Source: an uncultured Thermoproteaceae archaeon
Lineage (GTDB): Archaea; Thermoproteota; Thermoprotei; Thermoproteales; Thermocladiaceae
Assembly: GCA_964575955.1 (NCBI GenBank)
Contig: CAZNTG010000006.1
Coordinates: forward strand, 32,001 to 96,000
Length of the DNA stretch: 64,000 nucleotides
Direction: 5' to 3'
Shown: in pieces, positions 1 to 9,923 of the stretch
Position numbering within the stretch: the first letter of the stretch is position 1
Layout: each line of letters begins with the position of its first letter
Program-made: the position numbers and the translations under genes
Notes under the pieces: model-generated
Databases searched by the model: none
The model's input: the letters and a program-made list of their open reading frames with translations, nothing else
What the model was told of the DNA's origin: nothing

Positions 1-793
1 CTTCGCTAAACATACTCCTGATACTACTAGGAAGATCCCCTACATGAATTATAGCATGGTCAAAACATATAGACATATTAATTTTAAAATCAGGAATCTT
101 ACTATTCAAGATATATGACATAGACTTCAACAATAGTTCAAAATCTCTAACAATACCATAACTAGCAACCTTATAAATCACAAAATTATGATCAAGAACT
201 CTAGGTTTAACAGTCTCTAAATCCACATTAATTTTTAAAAATGAATTATCACTACTAAATGCAACATCTCTATGCATAAATATATCATCAATATAATTCT
301 TCAATGAGTAGTCTACATATACACCATCATTATATTGTCTAAACACATTATAAAGTTCGTATATTTTAAATATGTCAGATCCATACAGAATAACATCTAC
401 AGAGTTCTCTCTTATCTTATCAAGATATTCAAAATTTGTATAATCAGGAAGTTTAACAATTTCATCACCACAGATAACATTTTCACAAGTATATTCTAAA
501 CCTCTAACCTTAACATACTTACCACATACTTCAACATCTTGTAAATTATCAATATTAATAATATCAAAACTTTCTAAGATTTTCAGATAATCTCCACTAT
601 AAATTACACATCTATCAGAATTTCCATACTTCAGATATGTGTGAGGTATAGAGTCTATTAAAGTATTAAATTTTAAATATTCTTCTAGATTTAAGCTTGT
701 AATTATTAGCATGTTATTTAATATCTTTGAAAATTGTGATATTATGAATAGTGTTCCTATATTAATGCCAACGATACATACCTTATACCTCAT
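1..793 (-). CDS. Partial ORF (runs off window edge); degenerate Rossmann/pyridine nucleotide-disulfide oxidoreductase-like protein
   Basis: ATG at 793, MRYKVCIVGINIGTLFIISQF...; the N-terminal KVCIVG strand resembles an FAD-binding start but GxGxxG is broken; not in ORF track. Confidence 0.5.
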   Translation of the reverse strand, partial: MRYKVCIVGINIGTLFIISQFSKILNNMLIITSLNLEEYLKFNTLIDSIPHTYLKYGNSDRCVIYSGDYLKILESFDIINIDNLQDVEVCGKYVKVRGLEYTCENVICGDEIVKLPDYTNFEYLDKIRENSVDVILYGSDIFKIYELYNVFRQYNDGVYVDYSLKNYIDDIFMHRDVAFSSDNSFLKINVDLETVKPRVLDHNFVIYKVASYGIVRDFELLLKSMSYILNSKIPDFKINMSICFDHAIIHVGDLPSSIRSMFSE

Positions 794-856
794 TACCTTT
801 AGGTAGTGTAAAATATCTAGCTTTTATACTTAAAAAATCTAATTTTCAAATACTTT

Positions 857-1372
857 ATGCGTAGTAGAGATATTTATGAGATGTTTTGTAAATATTTTAA
901 CTGTTTTAAGGTTAGTGTTGAGGATTTTATAAAGATTATCCTATACTTCAGTAGTGGTAAGTGTATGAATTTATTGAAGTTTATACTATTCATATATAGT
1001 TACCATCATGCTCTTAATATTAAATTTGAATCTCCACCATTGATATGTGTTAAGTTATTTAGAATTATTAAAAATCTCATCAGGTTAGGAATTTTAAATA
1101 TTGAGGGAGATAGGCTATGTCTTTCTCAGAGCTGTGTAGGTGATGTATATAGAACTATTAATGAGATTAGTAGATGTGATTTTGTGATTATTGGTTCTCT
1201 ATGTATGAAGCCTAGAGATCTCTATTTTGAGTTATCTAGTAAGGTTTCATATTTCGAGAAGTGTGATGTTCATCTACTTCTAGTTAGGTCTTTTGAGGAT
1301 TTTTTAGTCAGAGATGTCAATTCTCTAGATATTTTAGACATTGTTAAACTCATTTTAAGGCAATTATGTTAA
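857..1372 (+). CDS. Hypothetical protein (possible wHTH-like segment)
   Basis: 171-aa ORF; IKNLIRLGILNIEGDRLCLS resembles a helix-wing; no family recognised. Confidence 0.5.
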   Translation: MRSRDIYEMFCKYFNCFKVSVEDFIKIILYFSSGKCMNLLKFILFIYSYHHALNIKFESPPLICVKLFRIIKNLIRLGILNIEGDRLCLSQSCVGDVYRTINEISRCDFVIIGSLCMKPRDLYFELSSKVSYFEKCDVHLLLVRSFEDFLVRDVNSLDILDIVKLILRQLC

Positions 1373-1422
1373 TCTTGTGTATTTATAAATCTTTAAAGTA
1401 TACTATAGGTGAGGTTCTGGTT

Positions 1423-3012
1423 ATGAAGAGTAAGAATATTGAGATTAAGTATGAAGAACTTTCACCTGCTGAGTGGTTTAGGAGAAATAAGGAGCTTGCT
1501 GGTCTAACTAATCCAACTAGAGCTATGTATCAGACAATTAGAGAATTTGTTGAAAATAGTTTAGATGCTACTGAAAGTTATGGAATACTTCCAAACATAA
1601 TAATAAGGATAGAACATTATGATAAATCTAGAGGATGGGTATCTGTATATGTTGAAGATAATGGTGTAGGAATACCTGATCATGAAATACCAAATGTGTT
1701 TGGTAGAGTATTCTATAGTAGTAAGTACAGGATTAGGCAACATAGAGGAGTATTTGGACTTGGTGCAAAGATGATAATACTATATGCACAATCAACAACA
1801 AATAAGCCGATAGTTGTTAGAAGTGCTCCAATTGGAAGTGACAAGATATATGAGTATGTCTTGATGATAAACACATTGAAAAATGAGCCAATAATACTTG
1901 AGAGAAGAGAGTATGAGAATAGGTATAAGTGGCATGGAACTGCTGTTAAAGTTATAATTGAGGGAGACTGGTCTAGAGCTAAGAGGAGAATTGAAGAATA
2001 TTTAAGGAGAACTTACATGATTGCTCCATATGCTGAAATTATATTAAAGGCACCTGACTTAACATTATACTTTCCAAGAATTGTCACTAAACTTCCAACA
2101 CCACCAAAAGAAGGATTACCACATCCTAAGAGTGTTGATGTTGAATTAATAAAACATCTAATTAGTAGAGATCCAAATCTAACACTAAGAGAATTTCTAA
2201 TAGAATATTTTGACGGTGTTGGTAAACAGACAGCTGAATCATTTCTAAAATGGGCAAAATTTGACCCTGACAGGAAGGTTGGAGAATTGACAGAAGAAGA
2301 GATTACTGAATTGACAACAAAGATGAGAGAGTTTAATGGTTGGAGAAGACCTAAAGCTGACTGGCTATCTCCTGTAGGTGAAGATCTCCTAATTGAAGGT
2401 ATTAAGAAGGTTTTAGAACCTGAATTTGTTGCTGCAGTTACAAGAAAACCGAGTTCATACATGGGTCATCCATTCATAGTTGAAGCAGCAATAGCGTGGG
2501 GTGGTAAAATTCCACCAAGTGAAAGACCGATAGTTTACAGATTTGCAAATAAAGTACCACTACTATATGATGAAGGTAGTGATGTTGTTAGAAAGGTAGT
2601 TGAAGAGATTGACTGGAGTGTATATAAGGTAAAATTCCCAGCACCTCTAGCAGTTGTTGTTCATGTATGCTCAACAAAGATACCGTACGTAAGTGCAGGT
2701 AAGGAAGCAATTGCAGATGTTGTAGAGATTGAGGAAGAGATAACACTAGCTATAAGAGAAGTTGCTAGAAAGTTAAGACAATACATAACTAAGAAAGAGA
2801 AAGAGGAAGAAATATACATAAAGTATGCAACATTCAGCATGTATGCTGGAGAAGTAGCACATGCATTAGCATACGTAACATCAAAATCTGAAGAAGAGTT
2901 AAAGAAGAAACTTCAAGAATTGATAATAAGGAAGGTTGGTCTACCACCAATACAACAACCTCAAGAGAAATCTCAGGAAAAGGAAGAGAAAACTGTAGAA
3001 ATTAAGAAGTAA
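1423..3012 (+). CDS. top6B: DNA topoisomerase VI subunit B
   Basis: GHKL motifs EFVENSLDA, EDNGVGI, RGVFGLG; YRFANKVPLLY; start moved to ATG 1423 after SD-like GGTGAGG. Confidence 0.97.
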   Translation: MKSKNIEIKYEELSPAEWFRRNKELAGLTNPTRAMYQTIREFVENSLDATESYGILPNIIIRIEHYDKSRGWVSVYVEDNGVGIPDHEIPNVFGRVFYSSKYRIRQHRGVFGLGAKMIILYAQSTTNKPIVVRSAPIGSDKIYEYVLMINTLKNEPIILERREYENRYKWHGTAVKVIIEGDWSRAKRRIEEYLRRTYMIAPYAEIILKAPDLTLYFPRIVTKLPTPPKEGLPHPKSVDVELIKHLISRDPNLTLREFLIEYFDGVGKQTAESFLKWAKFDPDRKVGELTEEEITELTTKMREFNGWRRPKADWLSPVGEDLLIEGIKKVLEPEFVAAVTRKPSSYMGHPFIVEAAIAWGGKIPPSERPIVYRFANKVPLLYDEGSDVVRKVVEEIDWSVYKVKFPAPLAVVVHVCSTKIPYVSAGKEAIADVVEIEEEITLAIREVARKLRQYITKKEKEEEIYIKYATFSMYAGEVAHALAYVTSKSEEELKKKLQELIIRKVGLPPIQQPQEKSQEKEEKTVEIKK

Positions 3013-3048
3013 CTTTTTCAATTGTAAGCATTAGTCCTCTGATAATAC

Positions 3049-3081
3049 TTTAATATTATCCGAAATCCGATAACGGATAAT
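3049..3081 (+). promoter_or_regulatory. TATA-like box followed by perfect inverted repeat ATTATCCG-N11-CGGATAAT overlapping the wtpA start; candidate operator
   Basis: TTTAATA 3049-3055; arms at 3055-3062 and 3074-3081. Confidence 0.55.
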
Positions 3082-4168
3082 GACTAAGAAAACTATAATT
3101 GGTATAGTGATAGTCATAATAGTCATATGTATAGCACTATCAATCTACTATATATCAATACTACATAAATCAACAATTTCAAAATCTACATCATTAAGAA
3201 TATTTTGTGCTGGATCATTAGCAATACCATTTCAAAATATTTCACAAATATTTGAAAATATGTATCATATACCTGTACATATTGAATCTAGTGGTAGTGT
3301 TATGGCTGTTAGAAAGATTGTTGATCTACATAGATGGTGTGATGTTTTGGGAGTTTCTGACTATAGATTAATACCTAGATTTATGATTCCTAAATATGCT
3401 AAGTGGTGTATTGGATTTGCAACAAATCAAATAGTTTTAGCATTTACAAATCATTCAAAATATGCTAAATATCTACTAAGTCATCCTCAAGATTGGTATA
3501 AGATACTTATGAGAAGTGACGTCAGGTATGGTTTTTCAAATCCAGATATGGATCCATGTGGTTATAGAGCTGTTGGAGTAATAGCTCTAGCAGCATTATA
3601 CTACCATAATTTGACAATACTTGAAAAGTTAGTAATATCGAAAATTTCAGGATCTAGATACGTCTACAAAAATGGTACTATCACTGTATACATACCTGCA
3701 ACATTTAATGTTAAAGGTAGAAATCTCGTTATTAGACCTAAAGAGGTTGATCTAGTAGCTTTATTAGAATCTGGAGAGATAGATTACGCATTTGAATATA
3801 AGAGTGTTGCTATCCAACACCATCTACTATACATAACTCTACCACCATCGTTAAATCTTGGAAATATAGATTATTCAAACTTCTATAAAAAAGTCACAGT
3901 TGTAATCTTGTGGGGTACAAAAGAAGCTAAAGCTATTAAAATAGCACCGATAGTATATGGCATCACTATACCAACAGTCTCTAAACATAGAGATCTTGCA
4001 ATAAAATTTGTAGAACTACTACTAAGTGATGTTGGTAGAAAAATATTTGAAAGATACGGTCAAAATATACTAAGGAGATTAATAATAATTGGTAATATTC
4101 CTAAAGATCTTATAGAGTTCTTAAGAGAGAATGGTTATACATATGTCATCGAGAATATTACAGGTTGA
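3080..4168 (+). CDS. wtpA: Tungstate/molybdate ABC transporter substrate-binding protein
   Basis: N-terminal TM anchor; AGSL, SGSV, SNPDMDPCGYRA, DYAFEYKSVAIQH, PIVYGITIP. Confidence 0.93.
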   Translation: MTKKTIIGIVIVIIVICIALSIYYISILHKSTISKSTSLRIFCAGSLAIPFQNISQIFENMYHIPVHIESSGSVMAVRKIVDLHRWCDVLGVSDYRLIPRFMIPKYAKWCIGFATNQIVLAFTNHSKYAKYLLSHPQDWYKILMRSDVRYGFSNPDMDPCGYRAVGVIALAALYYHNLTILEKLVISKISGSRYVYKNGTITVYIPATFNVKGRNLVIRPKEVDLVALLESGEIDYAFEYKSVAIQHHLLYITLPPSLNLGNIDYSNFYKKVTVVILWGTKEAKAIKIAPIVYGITIPTVSKHRDLAIKFVELLLSDVGRKIFERYGQNILRRLIIIGNIPKDLIEFLRENGYTYVIENITG

Positions 4169-4928
4169 GAAGACGTTAATAATATTCTACTCACTATTTT
4201 CAATTGCAATATTATTTATACTAATACCAATAGTAGCATTATTCATATCATTTAGATATGATGTGCTTATTAGTATATTGAAAACTCCACTATATGTTAA
4301 TGAGTTTAAATCTGCCTTAATTACAACATTTAAAGCAGCATTTATATCATTACTAATATTAGTAGTTGTTGGCATACCTGTAGGTTATGTATTGGCTAGA
4401 TCAAATTTTAAATTTAAATCTATTATTGAAGCTTTAATCGACATTCCCTTTGTAATACCTCACCCTATTGTTGGCGTTATGCTTCTTATGGCATTTGGTA
4501 GTAGAGGTATCATATCTATGAGTATTGAAGATACTTTTTGGGGTATAGTGTCGGTTATGGTATTTGTATCTCTACCCTTAATGGTAGATACTATAAAGCT
4601 TGGATTTCTATCAATAGATCCAACACTTGAGTATGTTGCTAGAAGCCTTGGTGCATCATTTTCAAAGACTTTTATAAGTATACTACTACCATTATGTATT
4701 AGAAACATATTTGCAGGATGTATATTATCGCTAGCTAGGTCTCTTAGTGAAGTTGGTGCTTTACTAATACTAGCATACTTTCCAAAAACTATCAACATTC
4801 TCATACTTGATTGGTTTGATACTCTAGGTTTACCATATGCTGTTGTCGTATCTTGTCTATATCTACTAATAATACTTATAATGTTCATAGTGTTGAGAAT
4901 AGTTACTAAGACACATGTTACTTATTAA
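4143..4928 (+). CDS. wtpB: Tungstate/molybdate ABC transporter permease
   Basis: Multi-TM; DIPFVIPHPIVG, EAA-like LEYVARSLGAS, ARSLSEVGA. Confidence 0.92.
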   Translation: MSSRILQVEKTLIIFYSLFSIAILFILIPIVALFISFRYDVLISILKTPLYVNEFKSALITTFKAAFISLLILVVVGIPVGYVLARSNFKFKSIIEALIDIPFVIPHPIVGVMLLMAFGSRGIISMSIEDTFWGIVSVMVFVSLPLMVDTIKLGFLSIDPTLEYVARSLGASFSKTFISILLPLCIRNIFAGCILSLARSLSEVGALLILAYFPKTINILILDWFDTLGLPYAVVVSCLYLLIILIMFIVLRIVTKTHVTY

Positions 4929-5652
4929 AGATTTAGAGATTAAAGTTGGTGATGTACATATATATGTTAAAAATATATCAGTAGATAAGTATGAATATTG
5001 TATATTGTTAGGTCCTAGTGGTGTTGGTAAGACACTTCTATTAAACTCTATTGTTGGTTTTATAAAGCCTTTGAGAGGTAGTATAATTATTGATGATATT
5101 GATGTTACAAACTTACCACCAGAGAAGAGAGGTATTGCTATCGTTCCTCAAAATTTTGCATTATTTCCACATATGTCTGTTTATGATAATCTTGCATTTC
5201 CTCTTAAAATTAAGAAGCTTAATAAGAGAGAGATTGAGAGAAGGATTATTGAGATTTCTAGACTTTTAGAAATTGAAAATGTTCTCAATAGGAAACCAAG
5301 TACTTTAAGTGCTGGTGAAGCTCAGAGAGTTGCTATTGCTAGAGCACTATTATCTGAGCCTAGAGTTCTACTTCTAGATGAGCCATTATCAAATCTTGAT
5401 CCAGGTAGAAAACTTTCAGCTATGAGACTTCTACATAGTCTATGTAAAGAGAGAGATATCTACATAATACATGTCACACATGATATAGCTGAAGCTGTGA
5501 TACTCGGTGATAAGATATACTACATGTCTGGTGGTGAAATTGTATTTGAAGGTACGTCTAGGGAATTTTTAGAATCTATATATGCTAGACCATATATAGA
5601 TCTTATTAAGAAGGTTTTTGAAGTGTATAGTCTGGCTAGATCCCCCTTATAA
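4915..5652 (+). CDS. wtpC: Tungstate/molybdate ABC transporter ATPase
   Basis: Walker A GPSGVGKT, signature LSAGE, Walker B LLLDEP, H-loop VTHD. Confidence 0.92.
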   Translation: MLLIKDLEIKVGDVHIYVKNISVDKYEYCILLGPSGVGKTLLLNSIVGFIKPLRGSIIIDDIDVTNLPPEKRGIAIVPQNFALFPHMSVYDNLAFPLKIKKLNKREIERRIIEISRLLEIENVLNRKPSTLSAGEAQRVAIARALLSEPRVLLLDEPLSNLDPGRKLSAMRLLHSLCKERDIYIIHVTHDIAEAVILGDKIYYMSGGEIVFEGTSREFLESIYARPYIDLIKKVFEVYSLARSPL

Positions 5653-5685
5653 ACCCCGTAAGTATAGTTTAATTTATAGAGAATT

Positions 5686-6795
5686 ATGGTTGCTAAATCA
5701 AGACAGGAAGTATTGAAGATACTTGAAGATTGGGGTAGAAAGATAGTTGAACAGATTGAGAAAGGTCAAGAACCTGTACTTGAGATACCATCAAGAACAT
5801 TATCAAACACTGTCTGGGATCCTGTTAGAAAGATACTTGTTCTAGGTCCTGAAAAGATGAGACGTAGATTTCTCGATTTGAAAGAGTCTAGAAAGTTTAT
5901 GCAGACAATGTTGATGTTGAAACTTATTGTTGAAGCTATTAGAGAGAATGTATATCCAACTATAAGAGACCTATACTACAACGGTAAGCATACTATAGTG
6001 TATGTAGATGCTAGGAAGAAGGTATTTAAGGAGAATACTTGGGATGATCAACAGGAGTCTAATGCCGTTATTGAAGATATTGAGGTAGCTACAGGACTTC
6101 TAAGAGAAGAGATGGGTATATCAGCAGATGTGAAGGGTAAAGTTGTTGGTCCAATAATTGTGAGATCTAAAGGATTTGAAATTGATGCTACAAAACTTGG
6201 AGATGCTGCATTAAGTCTACCTCCAAATCCTGATGAGCTTGAAATTGTTAAAGTAGAGGCAAACTATGTCTTAGTAATTGAGAAAGACGCTATATTTCAA
6301 AGACTTAATAGAGAAGGTTTTTGGAAAGATGAAAATTGTCTTCTAGTAACTGCTAAAGGAATGCCTGATAGAGCTACTAGAAGATTCATAAGGAGATTAA
6401 GTGAGGAGTTTAAACTTCCTGTCTATGTTCTAACTGATGCAGATCCATATGGATGGTACATATATAGTGTCTATAGGAGTGGATCTATAAAGCTGAGTTA
6501 TGAAAGTGAAAGACTTGCAACACCAGATGCCAAATTTGTAGGTGTAACAGCAACAGACATAATAAACTACAAGATAAGTGATGAATATGTTATTGCAGCA
6601 ACAGATAGAGACATTAAGAGAGCACATGAATTGTTGAGATATCCATGGTTTCAGAGTGATGCATGGAAGAAGGAGATACAACTATTCTTAAAGATGAAGA
6701 AGAAGGTTGAGATTGAGGCATTATCAACACATGGATTGAAATTCCTACATGACTACCTGAAAGATAAGATTCACGGAAGGAAGTGGATTGAGTAG
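5686..6795 (+). CDS. top6A: DNA topoisomerase VI subunit A
   Basis: TIRDLYY catalytic Tyr; TOPRIM VIEKDA, KGMPDRATR, TDADPYG. Confidence 0.97.
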   Translation: MVAKSRQEVLKILEDWGRKIVEQIEKGQEPVLEIPSRTLSNTVWDPVRKILVLGPEKMRRRFLDLKESRKFMQTMLMLKLIVEAIRENVYPTIRDLYYNGKHTIVYVDARKKVFKENTWDDQQESNAVIEDIEVATGLLREEMGISADVKGKVVGPIIVRSKGFEIDATKLGDAALSLPPNPDELEIVKVEANYVLVIEKDAIFQRLNREGFWKDENCLLVTAKGMPDRATRRFIRRLSEEFKLPVYVLTDADPYGWYIYSVYRSGSIKLSYESERLATPDAKFVGVTATDIINYKISDEYVIAATDRDIKRAHELLRYPWFQSDAWKKEIQLFLKMKKKVEIEALSTHGLKFLHDYLKDKIHGRKWIE

Positions 6796-6798
6796 GAC

Positions 6799-7455
6799 AT
6801 GGATAAGATTCTACTTGCTAAAGGTGCGGAAGCTGAACTCTATCTTGAAGATTGGCTTGGTATAAAGACAGTTCTTAAATGTAGGATATGTAAGAAGTAT
6901 AGAAATCCAGAACTTGACTATAAGATTAGGAGGAGAAGAACGTTATGTGAAGTTAGAAATATGTTAAAAGCTAGAAAACTTGGTATAAATGTACCACATG
7001 TTCTTGAGTTAGATTTGTCAAGATTGTGTATAAGACTTGAATATATTGAAGGTATAAATCTTAGAGATTTAACGAGAGAGTTAGATGATAAATTGCTTGA
7101 AGATTTATATAGTGAGGTTGGGAAAATTGTTGGAAAGCTACATCTTAATGGTATAATGCATGGAGATTTAGCATTAACAAACTTCATATATTCTAAAGGT
7201 AGATTGTATGTAATAGACTTTGGTTTAAGTTATGATTTTCAACAAGTGTTTGATAAGAAGCGTATAAATCTATGTGCTAGAGATATAAATGTATTATTGA
7301 GAAATTTAGAGGCAAACTTTGGAGATAGAGGATTAAGGTTATTTCAACATTTTCTAAATTCCTATTCAGAAGTTTTAGGTTTTGAAATTGCTAAAAATGT
7401 TGTTAAAGAAGTTAAGAGAATTAGAAGTATGGCTAGGTATGCTGTGAGAGTCTAG
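6799..7455 (+). CDS. bud32: KEOPS complex kinase Bud32
   Basis: KGAEAELY, KYRNPELD, HGDLALTN, IDFGL. Confidence 0.93.
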   Translation: MDKILLAKGAEAELYLEDWLGIKTVLKCRICKKYRNPELDYKIRRRRTLCEVRNMLKARKLGINVPHVLELDLSRLCIRLEYIEGINLRDLTRELDDKLLEDLYSEVGKIVGKLHLNGIMHGDLALTNFIYSKGRLYVIDFGLSYDFQQVFDKKRINLCARDINVLLRNLEANFGDRGLRLFQHFLNSYSEVLGFEIAKNVVKEVKRIRSMARYAVRV

Positions 7456-7497
7456 CTTTGGAGAAGATTTATAAGATAATTATATTCTGACTTTCTC

Positions 7498-7956
7498 GTG
7501 CCACATAGGTCTAGACATAAGAAAGGTAGAAGTAGCTCAACTAGACCTGTAACTAAGACACCACCAGGATGGGTTAGATATACTCCAGAACAGATTGAAC
7601 AGTTGATAGTTGAACTTGCTAGGAGAGGATTTACACCATCTATGATTGGTATAATACTTAGAGATCAATATGGAATACCACTAGTTAAGCCAATTTTAGG
7701 TAAGTCAATAACTGAAGTACTTGAAGAGCATGGTCTTGCACCTCAAATACCTGAAGATTTGATGTTTCTAATTAGGAAGGCTATAAAGATTAGAAAGCAC
7801 CTAGAAGAGCATCCAAAAGATATGTCTGCTAAAAGAGGATTAATACTTACAGAATCTAAGATTAGAAGACTCGTAAAGTATTATAAGAGGGTTGGTAAAT
7901 TACCTCAAGACTTCGAGTATAGACCTGAACAGTTCATGCATATGATGGCTATGTAA
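7498..7956 (+). CDS. rps15: 30S ribosomal protein S15 (uS15)
   Basis: [27 protein letters not shown]. Confidence 0.97.
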   Translation: MPHRSRHKKGRSSSTRPVTKTPPGWVRYTPEQIEQLIVELARRGFTPSMIGIILRDQYGIPLVKPILGKSITEVLEEHGLAPQIPEDLMFLIRKAIKIRKHLEEHPKDMSAKRGLILTESKIRRLVKYYKRVGKLPQDFEYRPEQFMHMMAM

Positions 7957-7960
7957 AATA

Positions 7961-8989
7961 ATGAGCACTAGTATAGATTTAACATCAAGTCCACTACTAA
8001 TCTTAACTCGTCGAGATCCTATCTGCATATTCTACTCAATAGCTCTAACATATCTGAGATTGAGAAGAAGATTAATAACACATGTATCATTTGTAGATTC
8101 TATATTTAATACAGTAGTTGAAGATTTTACACAACATTACGATACAGTACTACTATTAGACATATGTACAGAGTTTAATACAAGAATGTTAAACAACTTT
8201 AAAAATGTTAGAAAATTGTTAATAAATGAAGAATCAATATCACAACTACTAGAACTTTCAACTGGTGATGCAAAGATTAGGAATTTAGTAGAGATTTGTA
8301 AAATATTGTATATCTATGAAAAACCTGAAATATATCAGGATGAGATTAAAGTAGAAACTTTAGACCATCTAAATATACCACCACTTCCAGGTGTTACATA
8401 TCTAGATTTTGAAAAATCTATCAAATTATGCATAATACCATACATACCAGACATTACCGGTTCAGATAGTGTAGATATAGATTTATCAAAAAATATTGAA
8501 GATATTATTAGACATATAAGTGAGAAGATTATCAGAAATAAATTCTCTGGTGTTATGTTAGATTCATGGTTATGTGGTACATATCTTCTAAAGAATGGAT
8601 CACCGATTCAAGATATTTTACTATTTCTAGAATCATCACTACGATATGAATATTATATAAACATGGTAGACATTCTTAATCAAAGTAAGTTATTAGATAA
8701 TGATAGGGTATTTAATACATGTTTTAAGTATGTTAAAGAGATTTCTAACATAGTTCAGGAAGTATTGAAGAATAATACACTAACTTTTGAAGTTGATAAT
8801 TCAGTACTATTTTATAGACTTATGAAGATCTTGAGATTTTATAGAAAGTGGAAAGATGTTAAAATAATATTTAAACCTAGGAGAGATGTTAAGTGTGTTG
8901 CTTCTGGTAGTTTAGATATGTCTAAATCTAGAGAGTATTCAATATATGAGAAGGATGGTGTATACATATTCTGCTATGAGGAAAGCTAA
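7961..8989 (+). CDS. Degenerate DHH/RecJ-like protein (positional assignment)
   Basis: Occupies the conserved rps15-DHH-pcc1-rps3Ae slot; PYIPDITG motif; no intact DHH motif. Confidence 0.5.
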   Translation: MSTSIDLTSSPLLILTRRDPICIFYSIALTYLRLRRRLITHVSFVDSIFNTVVEDFTQHYDTVLLLDICTEFNTRMLNNFKNVRKLLINEESISQLLELSTGDAKIRNLVEICKILYIYEKPEIYQDEIKVETLDHLNIPPLPGVTYLDFEKSIKLCIIPYIPDITGSDSVDIDLSKNIEDIIRHISEKIIRNKFSGVMLDSWLCGTYLLKNGSPIQDILLFLESSLRYEYYINMVDILNQSKLLDNDRVFNTCFKYVKEISNIVQEVLKNNTLTFEVDNSVLFYRLMKILRFYRKWKDVKIIFKPRRDVKCVASGSLDMSKSREYSIYEKDGVYIFCYEES

Positions 8990-9257
8990 TTTGAAAATTT
9001 GTGTAAATATTGATCTAGATTCTGTAGATATGTGCGAATCTTGTTGTAGATCTATTAAAGTTGATAATGTTGATATACCTAAATGTATTAAGAGTATTGA
9101 TGTTTACTGTCGTGATAATATTCTAGTTTTATCTCTTGATTGTGAAGTTTTTGAAAGTAGAGATATACTAACTATATGGTCTACTATTGATGATATAGTT
9201 AGATGTGTTAAAGCTGCTATTACGAGTATTAGAGAAGTTGAGAGGAAAAGAATTTAA
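8976..9257 (+). CDS. pcc1: KEOPS complex subunit Pcc1
   Basis: SIKVDNVDIP, C-terminal STIDDIVRCVKAA; upstream of rps3Ae. Confidence 0.75.
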   Translation: MRKANLKICVNIDLDSVDMCESCCRSIKVDNVDIPKCIKSIDVYCRDNILVLSLDCEVFESRDILTIWSTIDDIVRCVKAAITSIREVERKRI

Positions 9258-9282
9258 TAACTCTATACTCTGTCTTTGCTGA

Positions 9283-9921
9283 ATGTCTTCAGCACATAAG
9301 TCATTGATAGGGAAATGGGCACTTAAGAAGTGGTTTATAGTACATGCACCACCTGCACTTAAGTGTGTAGAGATTGGTGAAGTTCCAGCTGATAGTCCTG
9401 AAAAGCTTCTAAATAGGACAATTGAGATAAGTCTATTTGAACTTACTAGAGATCTATCTCACATACCTATAAAATTGAAGTTTCAAATATATAGAGTAGA
9501 GGGTGAACATGCATATACAAGATTTAAGCTACAGGAACTTACGAGAGATTATGTAAAATCTCTTGTTCGTAGAGGATCTTCAAAAATTGTAACTATTCAT
9601 GATGTTACAACACCTGATGGTGCTAAGATGAGAATTCAAGTTTTGGCAATCACAGCTTATAGATGTAATACAAGTCATAAGAAGGCTATTAGAGCAATTA
9701 CAAGAGAGAGACTAGATTACTACTCGAAAATTCTAAACTTCGATAACTACATGCTAGCTCTCATATTTGGAACAATAGCACAGGACGTGTTAGTACATGC
9801 TAAAAAGATATATCCATTAAGGAAGGTTGAGATATTGAAAGTCAAAGTACTGGACTATCCTGAACAGTTCAAGAAGTTGGAAGTTGTTGAAAAACCTGTT
9901 GCTGAAGCTGTTCAAGAATAA
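9283..9921 (+). CDS. rps3ae: 30S ribosomal protein S3Ae (eS1)
   Basis: KWALKKWF, RDYVKSLVRRGSSKI, KKIYPLRKVEI. Confidence 0.96.
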   Translation: MSSAHKSLIGKWALKKWFIVHAPPALKCVEIGEVPADSPEKLLNRTIEISLFELTRDLSHIPIKLKFQIYRVEGEHAYTRFKLQELTRDYVKSLVRRGSSKIVTIHDVTTPDGAKMRIQVLAITAYRCNTSHKKAIRAITRERLDYYSKILNFDNYMLALIFGTIAQDVLVHAKKIYPLRKVEILKVKVLDYPEQFKKLEVVEKPVAEAVQE

Positions 9922-9923
9922 TT

